From Cellvibrionaceae bacterium (lineage in GTDB: Bacteria > Pseudomonadota > Gammaproteobacteria > Pseudomonadales > Cellvibrionaceae), in NCBI GenBank assembly GCA_025800435.1, contig JAOXRV010000044.1, positions 2,152-66,151 of the forward strand: a stretch of DNA of 64,000 nucleotides. Direction: 5' to 3'. Of this stretch, positions 27,493 through 36,277 are shown in pieces. A program made the position numbers and the translations under genes. Every line of letters begins with the position of its first letter. The stretch's first letter is position 1. Under the pieces are notes generated by a model. That model was not told the origin of the DNA and ran no database searches. It was given only the letters and a program-made list of their open reading frames with translations.

Positions 27493-30400
27493 ATGGAAGA
27501 GAAAACAGATCTAACGGCTTTGGATTGGGTGCTGGGCGAAATTGCCGAGTCCCTCAATCAATCCCAGCAGGCTCTCGAAGCCTATATGGCCAATGCCGAT
27601 GACGCTACCCAGCTGCGCTTTTGCCTGACCCATTTGCACCAGGTCTACGGCAGCTTGCAAATGATCGAGCTGGAGGCCCCGGCGATGTTGGCCGGCGAGA
27701 TGGAACGGCTGACACAAGAGATGCTCGACGGTGCGGTTACCACCGAAGAATCCGTCGCCAAACTATTGATGCGGGCAATTGTGCAGCTGCCCCTGTACCT
27801 GCAACAAATTAAACGCGAACAAAAATTCCATTCGGCCTCGGTATACCCTTTAGTTAATGAGCTGCGGTCGGCCCGAGGCGACTCGCTGATTATTGACGCG
27901 GTGGGCTTTAACCCCAAGCTGGATATGCTGCAGCAAAGCAGCGGCATGGCCCCCAAGTTAGTCAAACAGCCCGATCATTTTTTACAGGTGGCCAAAAAGC
28001 TACAGCAGATGTTTCAATTTGCTGCGGCCAGCGCCCTGCGTGGAATCGACTTAAAACAAAACCGCGAATACCTTAAAAAAGTCTTCCTGCGTTTAAAGAG
28101 TATCAGTCAGGCCAGTCCGCGCCTAGCCCAGTGGCAAATTGCAGAGGCCTGGCTGGATGGCATAGACAACGAAGAACTCAGTGGCGGCCTGGCCGTGCGT
28201 GCGCTAATGCGCCATTTGCACCGGGATATAAAACTGTTGTCGCAGCAAGGCATTAAAGCCCTGGCCGTACCAGCCAGCAATGAGTTGCTGCGCACACTTT
28301 TGTTTTATGTGGCCTGTAGCAGCGCCGAGAGTGAGGCAATTGCCCTGGTCAAACAGCGCTACCGCTTAGATCAGGCCTTTGGTGAGCCGGGCCACAAGGG
28401 TTTTGGTGAACTGGCCGAACCTGAATTTGACACGGTAGCTTCGGTTACCAAGGCGTTAAAAGAAGAGCTGGACGAGATCAAGCAAACCCTGGAAAAGTTC
28501 AGTGGCAATAGCACTGACTACAGCAGCTTGGAAGAGGTGCTGCCGGTGTTTCAACGGGTCGCCGATACCATGACAGTAATGGGCATTAATGAATTGCCCG
28601 AGCGCATTAAAGCGGTAGGGGCTGAGTTAAAGCAAGGCTTAAATAGGGCCACACTGAAGCCGGCGCAACTGATGCCGATGGCGGAGCAAATACTGCAGCT
28701 AGAACAACAGCTAGAGGCGATTGCCGCCTCGGGCCGGCTGCAGAATAAAGTTGACCAGCAAACCCTTAACGCACTGCGCATTAACGATGCCCAGCAAGCG
28801 GTGGTGGCAGAGGCCTATTTGGGGCTGGAGCAAGTCAAACAATCTATCGTTGATTATCTCTCCTCCCAGTGGGAGAGCGAGCACCTGGCCGGCACCCCCG
28901 CGCTGCTAAAAGAAATCGCCGGTGGTTTGGGCATTATTCCGCTGCAGCGAGCGGCCAATATTCTCTATACCGCCGCCTGTTATGTGGAAGATAAATTACT
29001 CAGTGGCGATGCTGGTGCCCCCCAGTGGGTCGAGCTGGATACCTTGGCCGATACCATCTCCAGCGTTGAATACTATTTGGAAATGCTAAAGAGTAGCATT
29101 GCCAGTACCGATGACAACCAACTGCAGATGGCCGAGGACAGTCTGGCCAAGCTCGGCTACAACGTTGCCGAGCTACAGCACGTTAGTAGCGAGCAAGCAG
29201 CAGCACCCGAAGCATCGAATTTTGGTGGCACAGCGGCGCCCTTATTGAGTGTTGTTGAAACCGAGCCGACGCCAGCTGCACAAGTTTCCGAGGTGAATCC
29301 ACAATGCAGCCCAGAGCCTGAGCCGGTTGCAGAAGCCCAGCCCGAGGACGATGAGGTTGACGAAGAGATCCGCGAGATCTTTATCGAAGAGGCGGGTGAA
29401 GTGATTGAAGCCATTGGCGAATACTTTCCCCGTTGGGCGGCAGATTTTAATGACAGTGAGGCGCTGGCCGAATTCCGCCGCGCGTTCCACACCCTCAAGG
29501 GCAGTGGCCGCCTAGTTAAGGCGGAGCAGATAGGCGAGCTGGCCTGGTCGGTTGAGAATATGCTCAACCGGGTTATGGATGGTGCGATTGAGGCGAACCA
29601 GCAGCAGGCCAGTTTAATACAGCAGGTGCAAGCCCTACTGCCGGCGATGGTCGAAGCCTTTGCCGATGGTCGTCAGGCTGAGCCCGCAGAAGAGATAGCA
29701 CAACTGCAGGCTTGGGCCGGGCAGCTTGCGCAAAACCAAACCCCCGAGGCTATGTTGGCAGCGGTGACCGAGGCTGGCACTGCTGCGCCGGTAGCAGGGG
29801 AAACCGAAATAGATGAAGAGCTGGAAGAGCAGTACCAGCTGTGGGATATTTTCGTCTCTGAGGCTGAGTCGCACCTGGCCGTGGTGAAGAGTTTTACCGA
29901 TCGCCAATGCGCAGTGGCGCCATTATTCGAAGCGCCGCCGGACCCATTTCAACGCGCCTTGCACACCCTTAAGGGCAGCGCTCATATGGCCGCGGTTACT
30001 GAAGTGGCCGAAATTGCCACCCCGCTGGAGGGCTTGGCCAAGGAAATGCGCAACTATCAGGTTGTATTAAACCAAGATAGTTTGCAGCTGTTTATCGATG
30101 CCCATGACCGCATCAAAGCAGCGTTGGCGCAAATCAATGCGCGCGAGCCCATTGTTATAGAAGATAAAGAGCTGTTATTGGCGCGCGTCGCCGAACAGTA
30201 CGATCTTAATGTTGGCCACCTAATCCATCAAGAGCAAGATTCGCCCCTGGGCTTTGCCGACCCGGCCAAGCTGGTGGCCTTTATGGCCGAGGGTATGGAC
30301 CTGTTGCTGGATGCAGACCGTTTGATGGTTAGCTGGCGCAGCGGTGCGCCCAAGCCCGATGTCGCCGCCATCAGGGCCGAGCTACAGGCCTTGCATCGCG

Positions 30401-33219
30401 CTGCCGAAGAGGCGCGCCTGCCCCAGGTGGCACAGATTAGTGCGCAGCTAGAAAAAGTGTACCTGGCTATTCCGGCGCAGAGCGAAACAATAGACAGCGC
30501 CATATGCCAACACTTAGAGAGCGGCCACGAAAAAATTCTGGATATGCTCGATGCGGTGGCCGCTACCCAAGAGTTGCCCGAAGCCGGTGAAGCGCTGCTC
30601 AATACCTTGGCAACGGACGCCCAACAGCTGGCTACTGAAGCAGAAGCGCCCGCGGCTGAGATAGAAGCGCTCACAGCTGTGTCAGAAGAACCCGCCGCCG
30701 AGCCCGAACAAGCCGGCGCACAGACAGCGGTCGAGACAGACGAAGCTGGCGCCGAGACGCTAGCGCGGTTGGCCGAAGTCGAGCAGCTTTCCCAGGTTGA
30801 AGTGCCCGCAGCAATTGCTGCGCCCGAGGCCGAGCTAGAGCAGCCTCAAGCACAAGACGCTGACGCGACCGATGTCACGGCCGAAACGCTGGAGCGTGAT
30901 GAGGACCTAGACCCAGAGATTCTCGCCATCTTCTATGAAGAGGCCGATGAGCATATTGAAGAGATTGAAGAGGCGGTGCACCAGTGGGAAGAAACTCCCG
31001 GCCAAACCCAGCACGCCGATGAGCTCAAGCGAATATTGCACACCCTCAAAGGTGGTGCACGCCTGGCTGGTTTGATGGGCCTGGGCCAGCTGGCCCACGA
31101 TTTTGAAACCTATCTGATTCACCAGGGCGATAGCGCCGCCAAAGACCCGAGCTTTTTTGAGCGGGTGCACAGCTTTCAAGACCGGGTGATTCGCGGTATT
31201 AAAGCCAGCCCCGGGCAAGCGCCAGCTAAAGAGCCCGAAGCAGCGCCGGCGCTGGAAGTTGCCGAGCCCGAAGCCCCCACCGAAGTAGCGACCATTGACG
31301 CCGAACAGGTACAAATGCGCACCCAGGCACCGGTACAGGGTGAAAATACGCCGCTTCACGTACAGCGCAGTATGCCCCAGGAAGTGATAAAGGTACCCGC
31401 CGACCTGATTGAAGATTTGGTTAACCTAGCCGGTGAGACATCAATTAGCCGTGGCCGGATGGAGCAACAGGTTTCCGATTGGAGTGGCTCTATCGATGAA
31501 ATGAACGCAACTATTTTGCGTTTGCAAGAACAGCTGCGCCGGCTCGACATTGAGACCGAGGCACAAATATTGTTCCGCCAGGAACAGCTGCAGCAACACG
31601 AAGACTTCGACCCGCTGGAAATGGACCGCTACTCACAGTTGCAGCAACTGTCGCGCTCCCTGGCTGAGTCGGCTTCGGATTTGATGGATTTAAAAAACAC
31701 TCTCGGCGACAGTGCCCGGGATGCGGAACAGCTGCTGTTGCAGCAGTCGCGCATTAATACCGACCTGCAAGAGGGCCTGATGCGCTCGCGCATGGTACCT
31801 TTCTCGCGCATGGTGCCGCGCTTGCGGAGGATTGTGCGCCAGGTATCTACCGAACTTGGCAAACACGTTAACCTGCAGATGGAAAACGTAGAGGGTGAAC
31901 TGGACCGATCGGTGCTTGAGCGCATGGTTACGCCGCTGGAGCATATGCTGCGCAATGCGGTCGACCACGGTATTGAATCGGCCGCCGAGCGCAGTGCCAA
32001 AGGTAAACCCTCTGAGGGCCGAATTGTTATCAGCCTTTCCCGCGAGGGTGGCGATGTGCTACTGCGTTTGGCCGATGACGGTCGCGGCATCAGCTTAGAC
32101 AAGGTAAAAGCCAAGGCGATTGAGCGCGGTATGATGAGCCCCGATGCCAATCTGAGCGACCGCGAGATTATGCAGTTTGTGGTGCAAGCTGGCTTCACCA
32201 CCGCCGAGTCGGTTACCCAGATCTCCGGTCGTGGTGTGGGCCTGGATGTGGTCTCCAGTGAGATTAAACAACTGGGCGGTTCGGTTACTATTAACTCCCA
32301 GGAGGGGCAGGGCACCGAGTTTTTAGTTCGCCTGCCGTTCACCGTGTCGGTAAACCGCGCCCTGATGGTACAGATTGGTGATGATTCTTATGCACTGCCG
32401 CTCAATACCATTGAGGGTATTGTGCGAGTCAGCCCATTTGAGCTGGAGCATTACTACCAAGACCCCCAGTCGCGCTTTGAATACGCCGGTGAAAACTACA
32501 AGGTGCGCTATCTGGGCGAGATGTTGGGCACTGGTGCCCAACCCAAATTAGAAGATCAAATCCTGCCCTTGCCGGTTGTATTGGTGCGCACCTCCGAGCA
32601 TGTGGTGGCTATCCAGGTGGATACCTTGATGGGCAGCCGAGAGATTGTGGTAAAAAGTCTTGGTCCACAGTTTGCGGGGGTGCAGGGTTTGTCTGGTGCC
32701 ACCGTAATGGGTGATGGTAGCGTGGTGGTGATTATCGATCCGGTGGCGCTGATTCGTCGGCAGGAGGCCCTTAGTTATCAGCCCCAGCTATTGCCAGAGC
32801 AGGCCAGTGCATCACTGGATAGCGACGAAATTACGGTGATGGTGGTGGATGACTCGGTAACCGTGCGCAAGGTAAGCAGCCGTTTCTTAGAGCGCCAAGG
32901 CTATCGGGTAATTACTGCTAAAGATGGTATGGAAGCGCTGAAAGTACTGCAGGACGAAATTCCGGCCATTATGCTGCTGGATATTGAAATGCCGCGCATG
33001 GATGGTTTTGAAGTGGCCAAAAATGTGCGCTCCAGCCGCCGCCTGCAAGATTTGCCAATTATTATGATCACTTCGCGCACCGGTGAAAAGCACCGGGATA
33101 GGGCGATGGAGTTGGGGGTAAACCGCTATATGGGCAAGCCCTACCAAGAAGAGGCACTGCTTGAGAATATTAACGACCTGATTGGTGTGGTGCCGCGCGC
33201 CCAAGAGCAACAGGCTTGA
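27493..33219 (+). CDS. chpA: Multi-Hpt CheA-type hybrid histidine kinase ChpA
   Basis: 1908 aa from ATG 27493, the first ATG after the pilK stop codon. Three canonical Hpt motifs: FHTLKGSGR (His codon 29488-29490), LHTLKGSAH (29962-29964) and LHTLKGGAR (31039-31041). Also a CheA dimerisation/ATPase core (HMLRNAVDHGIE, DDGRGI, GRGVGLD), a CheW-like domain and a C-terminal receiver (MVVDDS ... LLDIEMPRMDG ... GKP). Confidence 0.93.
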   Translation: MEEKTDLTALDWVLGEIAESLNQSQQALEAYMANADDATQLRFCLTHLHQVYGSLQMIELEAPAMLAGEMERLTQEMLDGAVTTEESVAKLLMRAIVQLPLYLQQIKREQKFHSASVYPLVNELRSARGDSLIIDAVGFNPKLDMLQQSSGMAPKLVKQPDHFLQVAKKLQQMFQFAAASALRGIDLKQNREYLKKVFLRLKSISQASPRLAQWQIAEAWLDGIDNEELSGGLAVRALMRHLHRDIKLLSQQGIKALAVPASNELLRTLLFYVACSSAESEAIALVKQRYRLDQAFGEPGHKGFGELAEPEFDTVASVTKALKEELDEIKQTLEKFSGNSTDYSSLEEVLPVFQRVADTMTVMGINELPERIKAVGAELKQGLNRATLKPAQLMPMAEQILQLEQQLEAIAASGRLQNKVDQQTLNALRINDAQQAVVAEAYLGLEQVKQSIVDYLSSQWESEHLAGTPALLKEIAGGLGIIPLQRAANILYTAACYVEDKLLSGDAGAPQWVELDTLADTISSVEYYLEMLKSSIASTDDNQLQMAEDSLAKLGYNVAELQHVSSEQAAAPEASNFGGTAAPLLSVVETEPTPAAQVSEVNPQCSPEPEPVAEAQPEDDEVDEEIREIFIEEAGEVIEAIGEYFPRWAADFNDSEALAEFRRAFHTLKGSGRLVKAEQIGELAWSVENMLNRVMDGAIEANQQQASLIQQVQALLPAMVEAFADGRQAEPAEEIAQLQAWAGQLAQNQTPEAMLAAVTEAGTAAPVAGETEIDEELEEQYQLWDIFVSEAESHLAVVKSFTDRQCAVAPLFEAPPDPFQRALHTLKGSAHMAAVTEVAEIATPLEGLAKEMRNYQVVLNQDSLQLFIDAHDRIKAALAQINAREPIVIEDKELLLARVAEQYDLNVGHLIHQEQDSPLGFADPAKLVAFMAEGMDLLLDADRLMVSWRSGAPKPDVAAIRAELQALHRAAEEARLPQVAQISAQLEKVYLAIPAQSETIDSAICQHLESGHEKILDMLDAVAATQELPEAGEALLNTLATDAQQLATEAEAPAAEIEALTAVSEEPAAEPEQAGAQTAVETDEAGAETLARLAEVEQLSQVEVPAAIAAPEAELEQPQAQDADATDVTAETLERDEDLDPEILAIFYEEADEHIEEIEEAVHQWEETPGQTQHADELKRILHTLKGGARLAGLMGLGQLAHDFETYLIHQGDSAAKDPSFFERVHSFQDRVIRGIKASPGQAPAKEPEAAPALEVAEPEAPTEVATIDAEQVQMRTQAPVQGENTPLHVQRSMPQEVIKVPADLIEDLVNLAGETSISRGRMEQQVSDWSGSIDEMNATILRLQEQLRRLDIETEAQILFRQEQLQQHEDFDPLEMDRYSQLQQLSRSLAESASDLMDLKNTLGDSARDAEQLLLQQSRINTDLQEGLMRSRMVPFSRMVPRLRRIVRQVSTELGKHVNLQMENVEGELDRSVLERMVTPLEHMLRNAVDHGIESAAERSAKGKPSEGRIVISLSREGGDVLLRLADDGRGISLDKVKAKAIERGMMSPDANLSDREIMQFVVQAGFTTAESVTQISGRGVGLDVVSSEIKQLGGSVTINSQEGQGTEFLVRLPFTVSVNRALMVQIGDDSYALPLNTIEGIVRVSPFELEHYYQDPQSRFEYAGENYKVRYLGEMLGTGAQPKLEDQILPLPVVLVRTSEHVVAIQVDTLMGSREIVVKSLGPQFAGVQGLSGATVMGDGSVVVIIDPVALIRRQEALSYQPQLLPEQASASLDSDEITVMVVDDSVTVRKVSSRFLERQGYRVITAKDGMEALKVLQDEIPAIMLLDIEMPRMDGFEVAKNVRSSRRLQDLPIIMITSRTGEKHRDRAMELGVNRYMGKPYQEEALLENINDLIGVVPRAQEQQA

Positions 33220-33221
33220 GT

Positions 33222-34190
33222 ATGAGTTCAGAGTTCGCTTTAAGTATCGGCCTGATTGCCGATCAGCCGTCCCAGTTACAGCGCATGCGCCAGATGCTCA
33301 ACAAGCTTGGTTCTGAGCCTGAGCTGAGCCTGTTACTGGCCCAGCAAGATTGGCCCCAGTGGCAGCCTCCGCGTGAGGTGCAGGCCTGGCTGGTTTGTGT
33401 GGATTTAGAAAACTCAGACCACACCGATTTTGAAGACTGGTTGGCCGAACGGGATGAGGTGGTGATTCTCGCCGATGAAGAAATTCCCAGCCCCTCTAGC
33501 CCCAGCCACCGCGTGTGGCTAGAACGCTGGCAGCGCAAACTGCTGCAACTGGCGCAGGCCCAGCCGAGCAGCGTGCAATGGCCCGGCCAGCTGTGGCTAT
33601 TGGCCGCCTCTACCGGCGGGCCCGATGCGGTGGCGGAGTTTTTAAGTGAGTTGCCGGCCGATCTCGATGCCGCTTTTGTGTATTTGCAGCATGGGCGACC
33701 CGAGGCTGAGCCCAATACCCTGGCGGTGTTAAACCGCCACAGCAAGTTACCGATTAGGATGGCGCGCCCTGGTGAGGCGATTGCACCAGCCCAGGTTTAT
33801 ATGGTGGCGGCGGCCGAGGCTATCGCCCTTAATAGCCAGGGTTGTTTTGTCAGCGAGGGCAAACCCTGGCTGGCCGGGCCCGCCCCCAATGCGGACCAGT
33901 TTATTCACGCCGCAATACATCGCTTGGGTCCGGCCGACAAAACCAGTTTGGGGATGATCGTGTTCTCGGGCATGGGCGAGGACAGTGCCGCCGCCTGCCG
34001 CTTTGCCCAGCGTTGGGGCTGCAAGGTTTGGGCGCAAAGCCCAGACAGCTGTATTAGCCCTTATATGCCCAGTGCTGCGCTGCAAACCGGTTGTGTGTCT
34101 TACAGTGCTAGCCCACGCGGTTTGGCCCAGCGTTTGTTAAATGAATTGGTTCTGGGCGACGATATAGAGGCCCAGTTAGTGGGCGGCTAA
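33222..34190 (+). CDS. chpB: CheB-type methylesterase ChpB
   Basis: C-terminal CheB catalytic residues in LLAASTGGPDAV (Ser), YLQHG (His) and FSGMGEDS (Asp), with an atypical N-terminal receiver-like region. ATG 33222 lies 3 nt after the chpA stop codon. Confidence 0.85.
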   Translation: MSSEFALSIGLIADQPSQLQRMRQMLNKLGSEPELSLLLAQQDWPQWQPPREVQAWLVCVDLENSDHTDFEDWLAERDEVVILADEEIPSPSSPSHRVWLERWQRKLLQLAQAQPSSVQWPGQLWLLAASTGGPDAVAEFLSELPADLDAAFVYLQHGRPEAEPNTLAVLNRHSKLPIRMARPGEAIAPAQVYMVAAAEAIALNSQGCFVSEGKPWLAGPAPNADQFIHAAIHRLGPADKTSLGMIVFSGMGEDSAAACRFAQRWGCKVWAQSPDSCISPYMPSAALQTGCVSYSASPRGLAQRLLNELVLGDDIEAQLVGG

Positions 34191-34217
34191 GCTCTAGCAA
34201 GATTTGGTAGCGACAGT

Positions 34218-34703
34218 ATGCAACAGTTACAACAGCAAAAACCCACTGAAGTACCCACACTGGTGGTGCCCGTAGCCGGCTTTACCCTGTTACTGCCGAC
34301 GGTATCGGTGGCAGAGATGGTGCCGTATCGCAAATCTCGTTTTTTACCTGAAAAAACGACTGGGCCGCTCAGTGGTTATTTGGGCCGTTACGAGTGGCGC
34401 GATCAGCAAGTGCCATTACTATCGTTTGAAGAACTAAACGGCCTGCCCCGGGGCGAGGTGTCCGGCTATAATCAGGTGGCCATTATCAATGCCACTGGGG
34501 TGGATAAAAATTTGGCCTATGTAGCGCTAATCGCCCAGGGTATTCCTCACCTAATGCGCATTACCCCAGCGACCATCACGCCAAGTGAAGATGCGCCGGA
34601 GTTGCCCTTTGTCACAATGACGGTGGTGGCTGAGGGGCGGGAGGCGGTGATTCCCGATGTGGCGGCACTGGAACGCGAGGCTTTAGGACAGCTAGGGCAC
34701 TGA
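34218..34703 (+). CDS. chpC: CheW-like protein ChpC
   Basis: 161 aa CheW-like fold, the last gene of the Chp cluster by synteny. Confidence 0.8.
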   Translation: MQQLQQQKPTEVPTLVVPVAGFTLLLPTVSVAEMVPYRKSRFLPEKTTGPLSGYLGRYEWRDQQVPLLSFEELNGLPRGEVSGYNQVAIINATGVDKNLAYVALIAQGIPHLMRITPATITPSEDAPELPFVTMTVVAEGREAVIPDVAALEREALGQLGH

Positions 34704-34789
34704 GCCAGGTCCTAGAGGTTCTGCGAGATGTAAGCTTGAAGGGTAGGGGGTACTTTCGCCGTAAATGACTTTAGGACCGGGCGAGTAAC

Positions 34790-35518
34790 TTAAAAATCTC
34801 CCCAGCGCTGTTGCAGCAAACTTAAGGCGACTATCGGCGCTGTCTCGGTGCGTAAAACTCGTGGCCCCATGGTTAGGCCCTTAAATTCTTGCTGGCGTGC
34901 CCGTTCAATTTCCTGCTCGCTTAAACCACCCTCGGGGCCAATCAGCAGCATGGCGCTGTTGTCGGCTAGTTTATAATCGCCGAGGCCGGCACTGTCTCGA
35001 TGATGCATAACCAGTTTAAGGCCGGCGACCGCTTGGCTTAAGAAATCGTCTATTTTTTGAACCGGGTTAAGTGCTGGCAGACGGCTGCGGCCGCACTGCT
35101 CGCAGGCGCTAATAATTATTTGTTGCCAGTGTTTGTGTTTTTTTTCCAGCCTGGGGCCGCTGAGTTTAACTTCGGTGCGGCTAGTAAACAGAGGGCTGAT
35201 TTCACTAACCCCCAGTTCTGTGGCCTTTTGCAGTACCCAGTCCATACGCTCGCCCCGGGAGATACCAATGGCCAAGTGGGTATGCAGAGGGGATTCGCCT
35301 TGTGCGCTGTAACTCTTGGTAATCTTTACACGGGTGACTTTTTTACCTGTCTCATTAATAATAGCGAGATATTCATTGCCCGTTCCATTAAATAGTACTA
35401 GTTCCCGACCGGCGCTCATCCGCAGCACTCGGCTTATATGGTGGGATGGCCCCTCTTCCAGCTCGACTTCGGCCGCATTTTGTAGGTCTTGGGGGGTATA
35501 GATTCTGGGTACGCGCAT
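34790..35518 (-). CDS. rsmE: 16S rRNA (uracil1498-N3)-methyltransferase RsmE
   Basis: N-terminal MRVPRIY plus the SPOUT C-terminal motif LLIGPEGGLSEQE ... LGPRVLRTETA. Confidence 0.92.
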   Translation of the reverse strand: MRVPRIYTPQDLQNAAEVELEEGPSHHISRVLRMSAGRELVLFNGTGNEYLAIINETGKKVTRVKITKSYSAQGESPLHTHLAIGISRGERMDWVLQKATELGVSEISPLFTSRTEVKLSGPRLEKKHKHWQQIIISACEQCGRSRLPALNPVQKIDDFLSQAVAGLKLVMHHRDSAGLGDYKLADNSAMLLIGPEGGLSEQEIERARQQEFKGLTMGPRVLRTETAPIVALSLLQQRWGDF

Positions 35519-35626
35519 AGAATTAGATGGATTTAGCGATTTCAGATGATATAAGCGCCAGCTTTGTCGGTGAGGTCGTAATAGTAGCAGATAAGTCGTT
35601 ATAGATAAGTAGAAATCGAGAGGTCC

Positions 35627-36268
35627 ATGAAAGCGTCGCTGTTAATAGTTGAAGATTGCGAAGCCACCCGCGAGCGAATGGAAAATGCCATTATCGAGGG
35701 GGGAGAGTATCGCTTAGTGGGGTCGGTGGGTTCTTTTAAAGCGGCCCAGGCATTATTGGAAAGCGCTGCACCGGATATTCTGCTGACCGATTTAGACCTG
35801 CCCGATGGCAATGGTATCAATCTAATAAAAATGTTGAGTCTGCCACATATAACCACCCAGCTGGCGATTGTAATCACGGTTTTTGGCGATGAGGAGCATG
35901 TGATTAAAGCCTTGCGCGCGGGTGCCTCGGGCTATTTGTTAAAAGATGATGACTTTATTGAGATCAATAGTGCAATCGGTCAAATGCGTGATGGTGGAGC
36001 GCCCATCAGCCCCGGTGTGGCGCGCTTTTTATTGCAAGAGTTAAGCCCTGCACCTAAGCGCCAGGAAGACAGACCAGTGGGCTTAAGCGAGCGCGAAAAC
36101 GAGATTCTACTGTTGGTGAGCAAGGGCTATACCTCCAAAGAAATCGGCAATATGCTCAATGTCTCTTTTCACACGGTCAACGCCCACGTAAAAAATATCT
36201 ATAAAAAACTGGCTGTCACCAATCGCACCGGCGCCATTTATGAGGCCACCAAAAAAGGCATTATCTAA
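35627..36268 (+). CDS. NarL/LuxR-family response regulator
   Basis: Receiver (LLIVEDCE ... ILLTDLDLPDGNG ... YLLKD) plus a LuxR helix-turn-helix (LSERENEILLLVSKGYTSKEIGNMLNVSFHTVNAHVKNIYKKL). Confidence 0.92.
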   Translation: MKASLLIVEDCEATRERMENAIIEGGEYRLVGSVGSFKAAQALLESAAPDILLTDLDLPDGNGINLIKMLSLPHITTQLAIVITVFGDEEHVIKALRAGASGYLLKDDDFIEINSAIGQMRDGGAPISPGVARFLLQELSPAPKRQEDRPVGLSERENEILLLVSKGYTSKEIGNMLNVSFHTVNAHVKNIYKKLAVTNRTGAIYEATKKGII

Positions 36269-36277
36269 GGTTTTATT

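Noticed and set aside
30600-31300. Repetitive GCC/GAG-rich DNA in chpA, considered as a possible tandem repeat or inserted element
   Set aside because: It encodes Ala/Glu/Pro-rich acidic linkers between Hpt domains, in frame and without exact nucleotide periodicity. It is a low-complexity protein linker.
31629-32342. 237-aa minus-strand ORF opposite the ChpA kinase core
   Set aside because: It is a shadow ORF opposite conserved CheA ATPase motifs, and its Ser/Arg/Pro-rich translation is typical of antisense frames.
33222-33600. Degenerate receiver domain of ChpB (IADQ instead of the DD acidic pocket) as a novelty
   Set aside because: As far as I recall, the P. aeruginosa ChpB N-terminal region is similarly atypical. 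A plausible phospho-acceptor Asp (LVCVDLE) is present, so this is not distinctive enough without an alignment.
34708-34778. 7-bp inverted repeat GGTCCTA / TAGGACC between chpC and rsmE, and a 9-nt match (CTAGGGCAC) to the interspersed repeat at the chpC stop codon
   Set aside because: A 57-nt loop with a 7-bp stem is weak. A 9-mer match is expected by chance about once in a window of this size.
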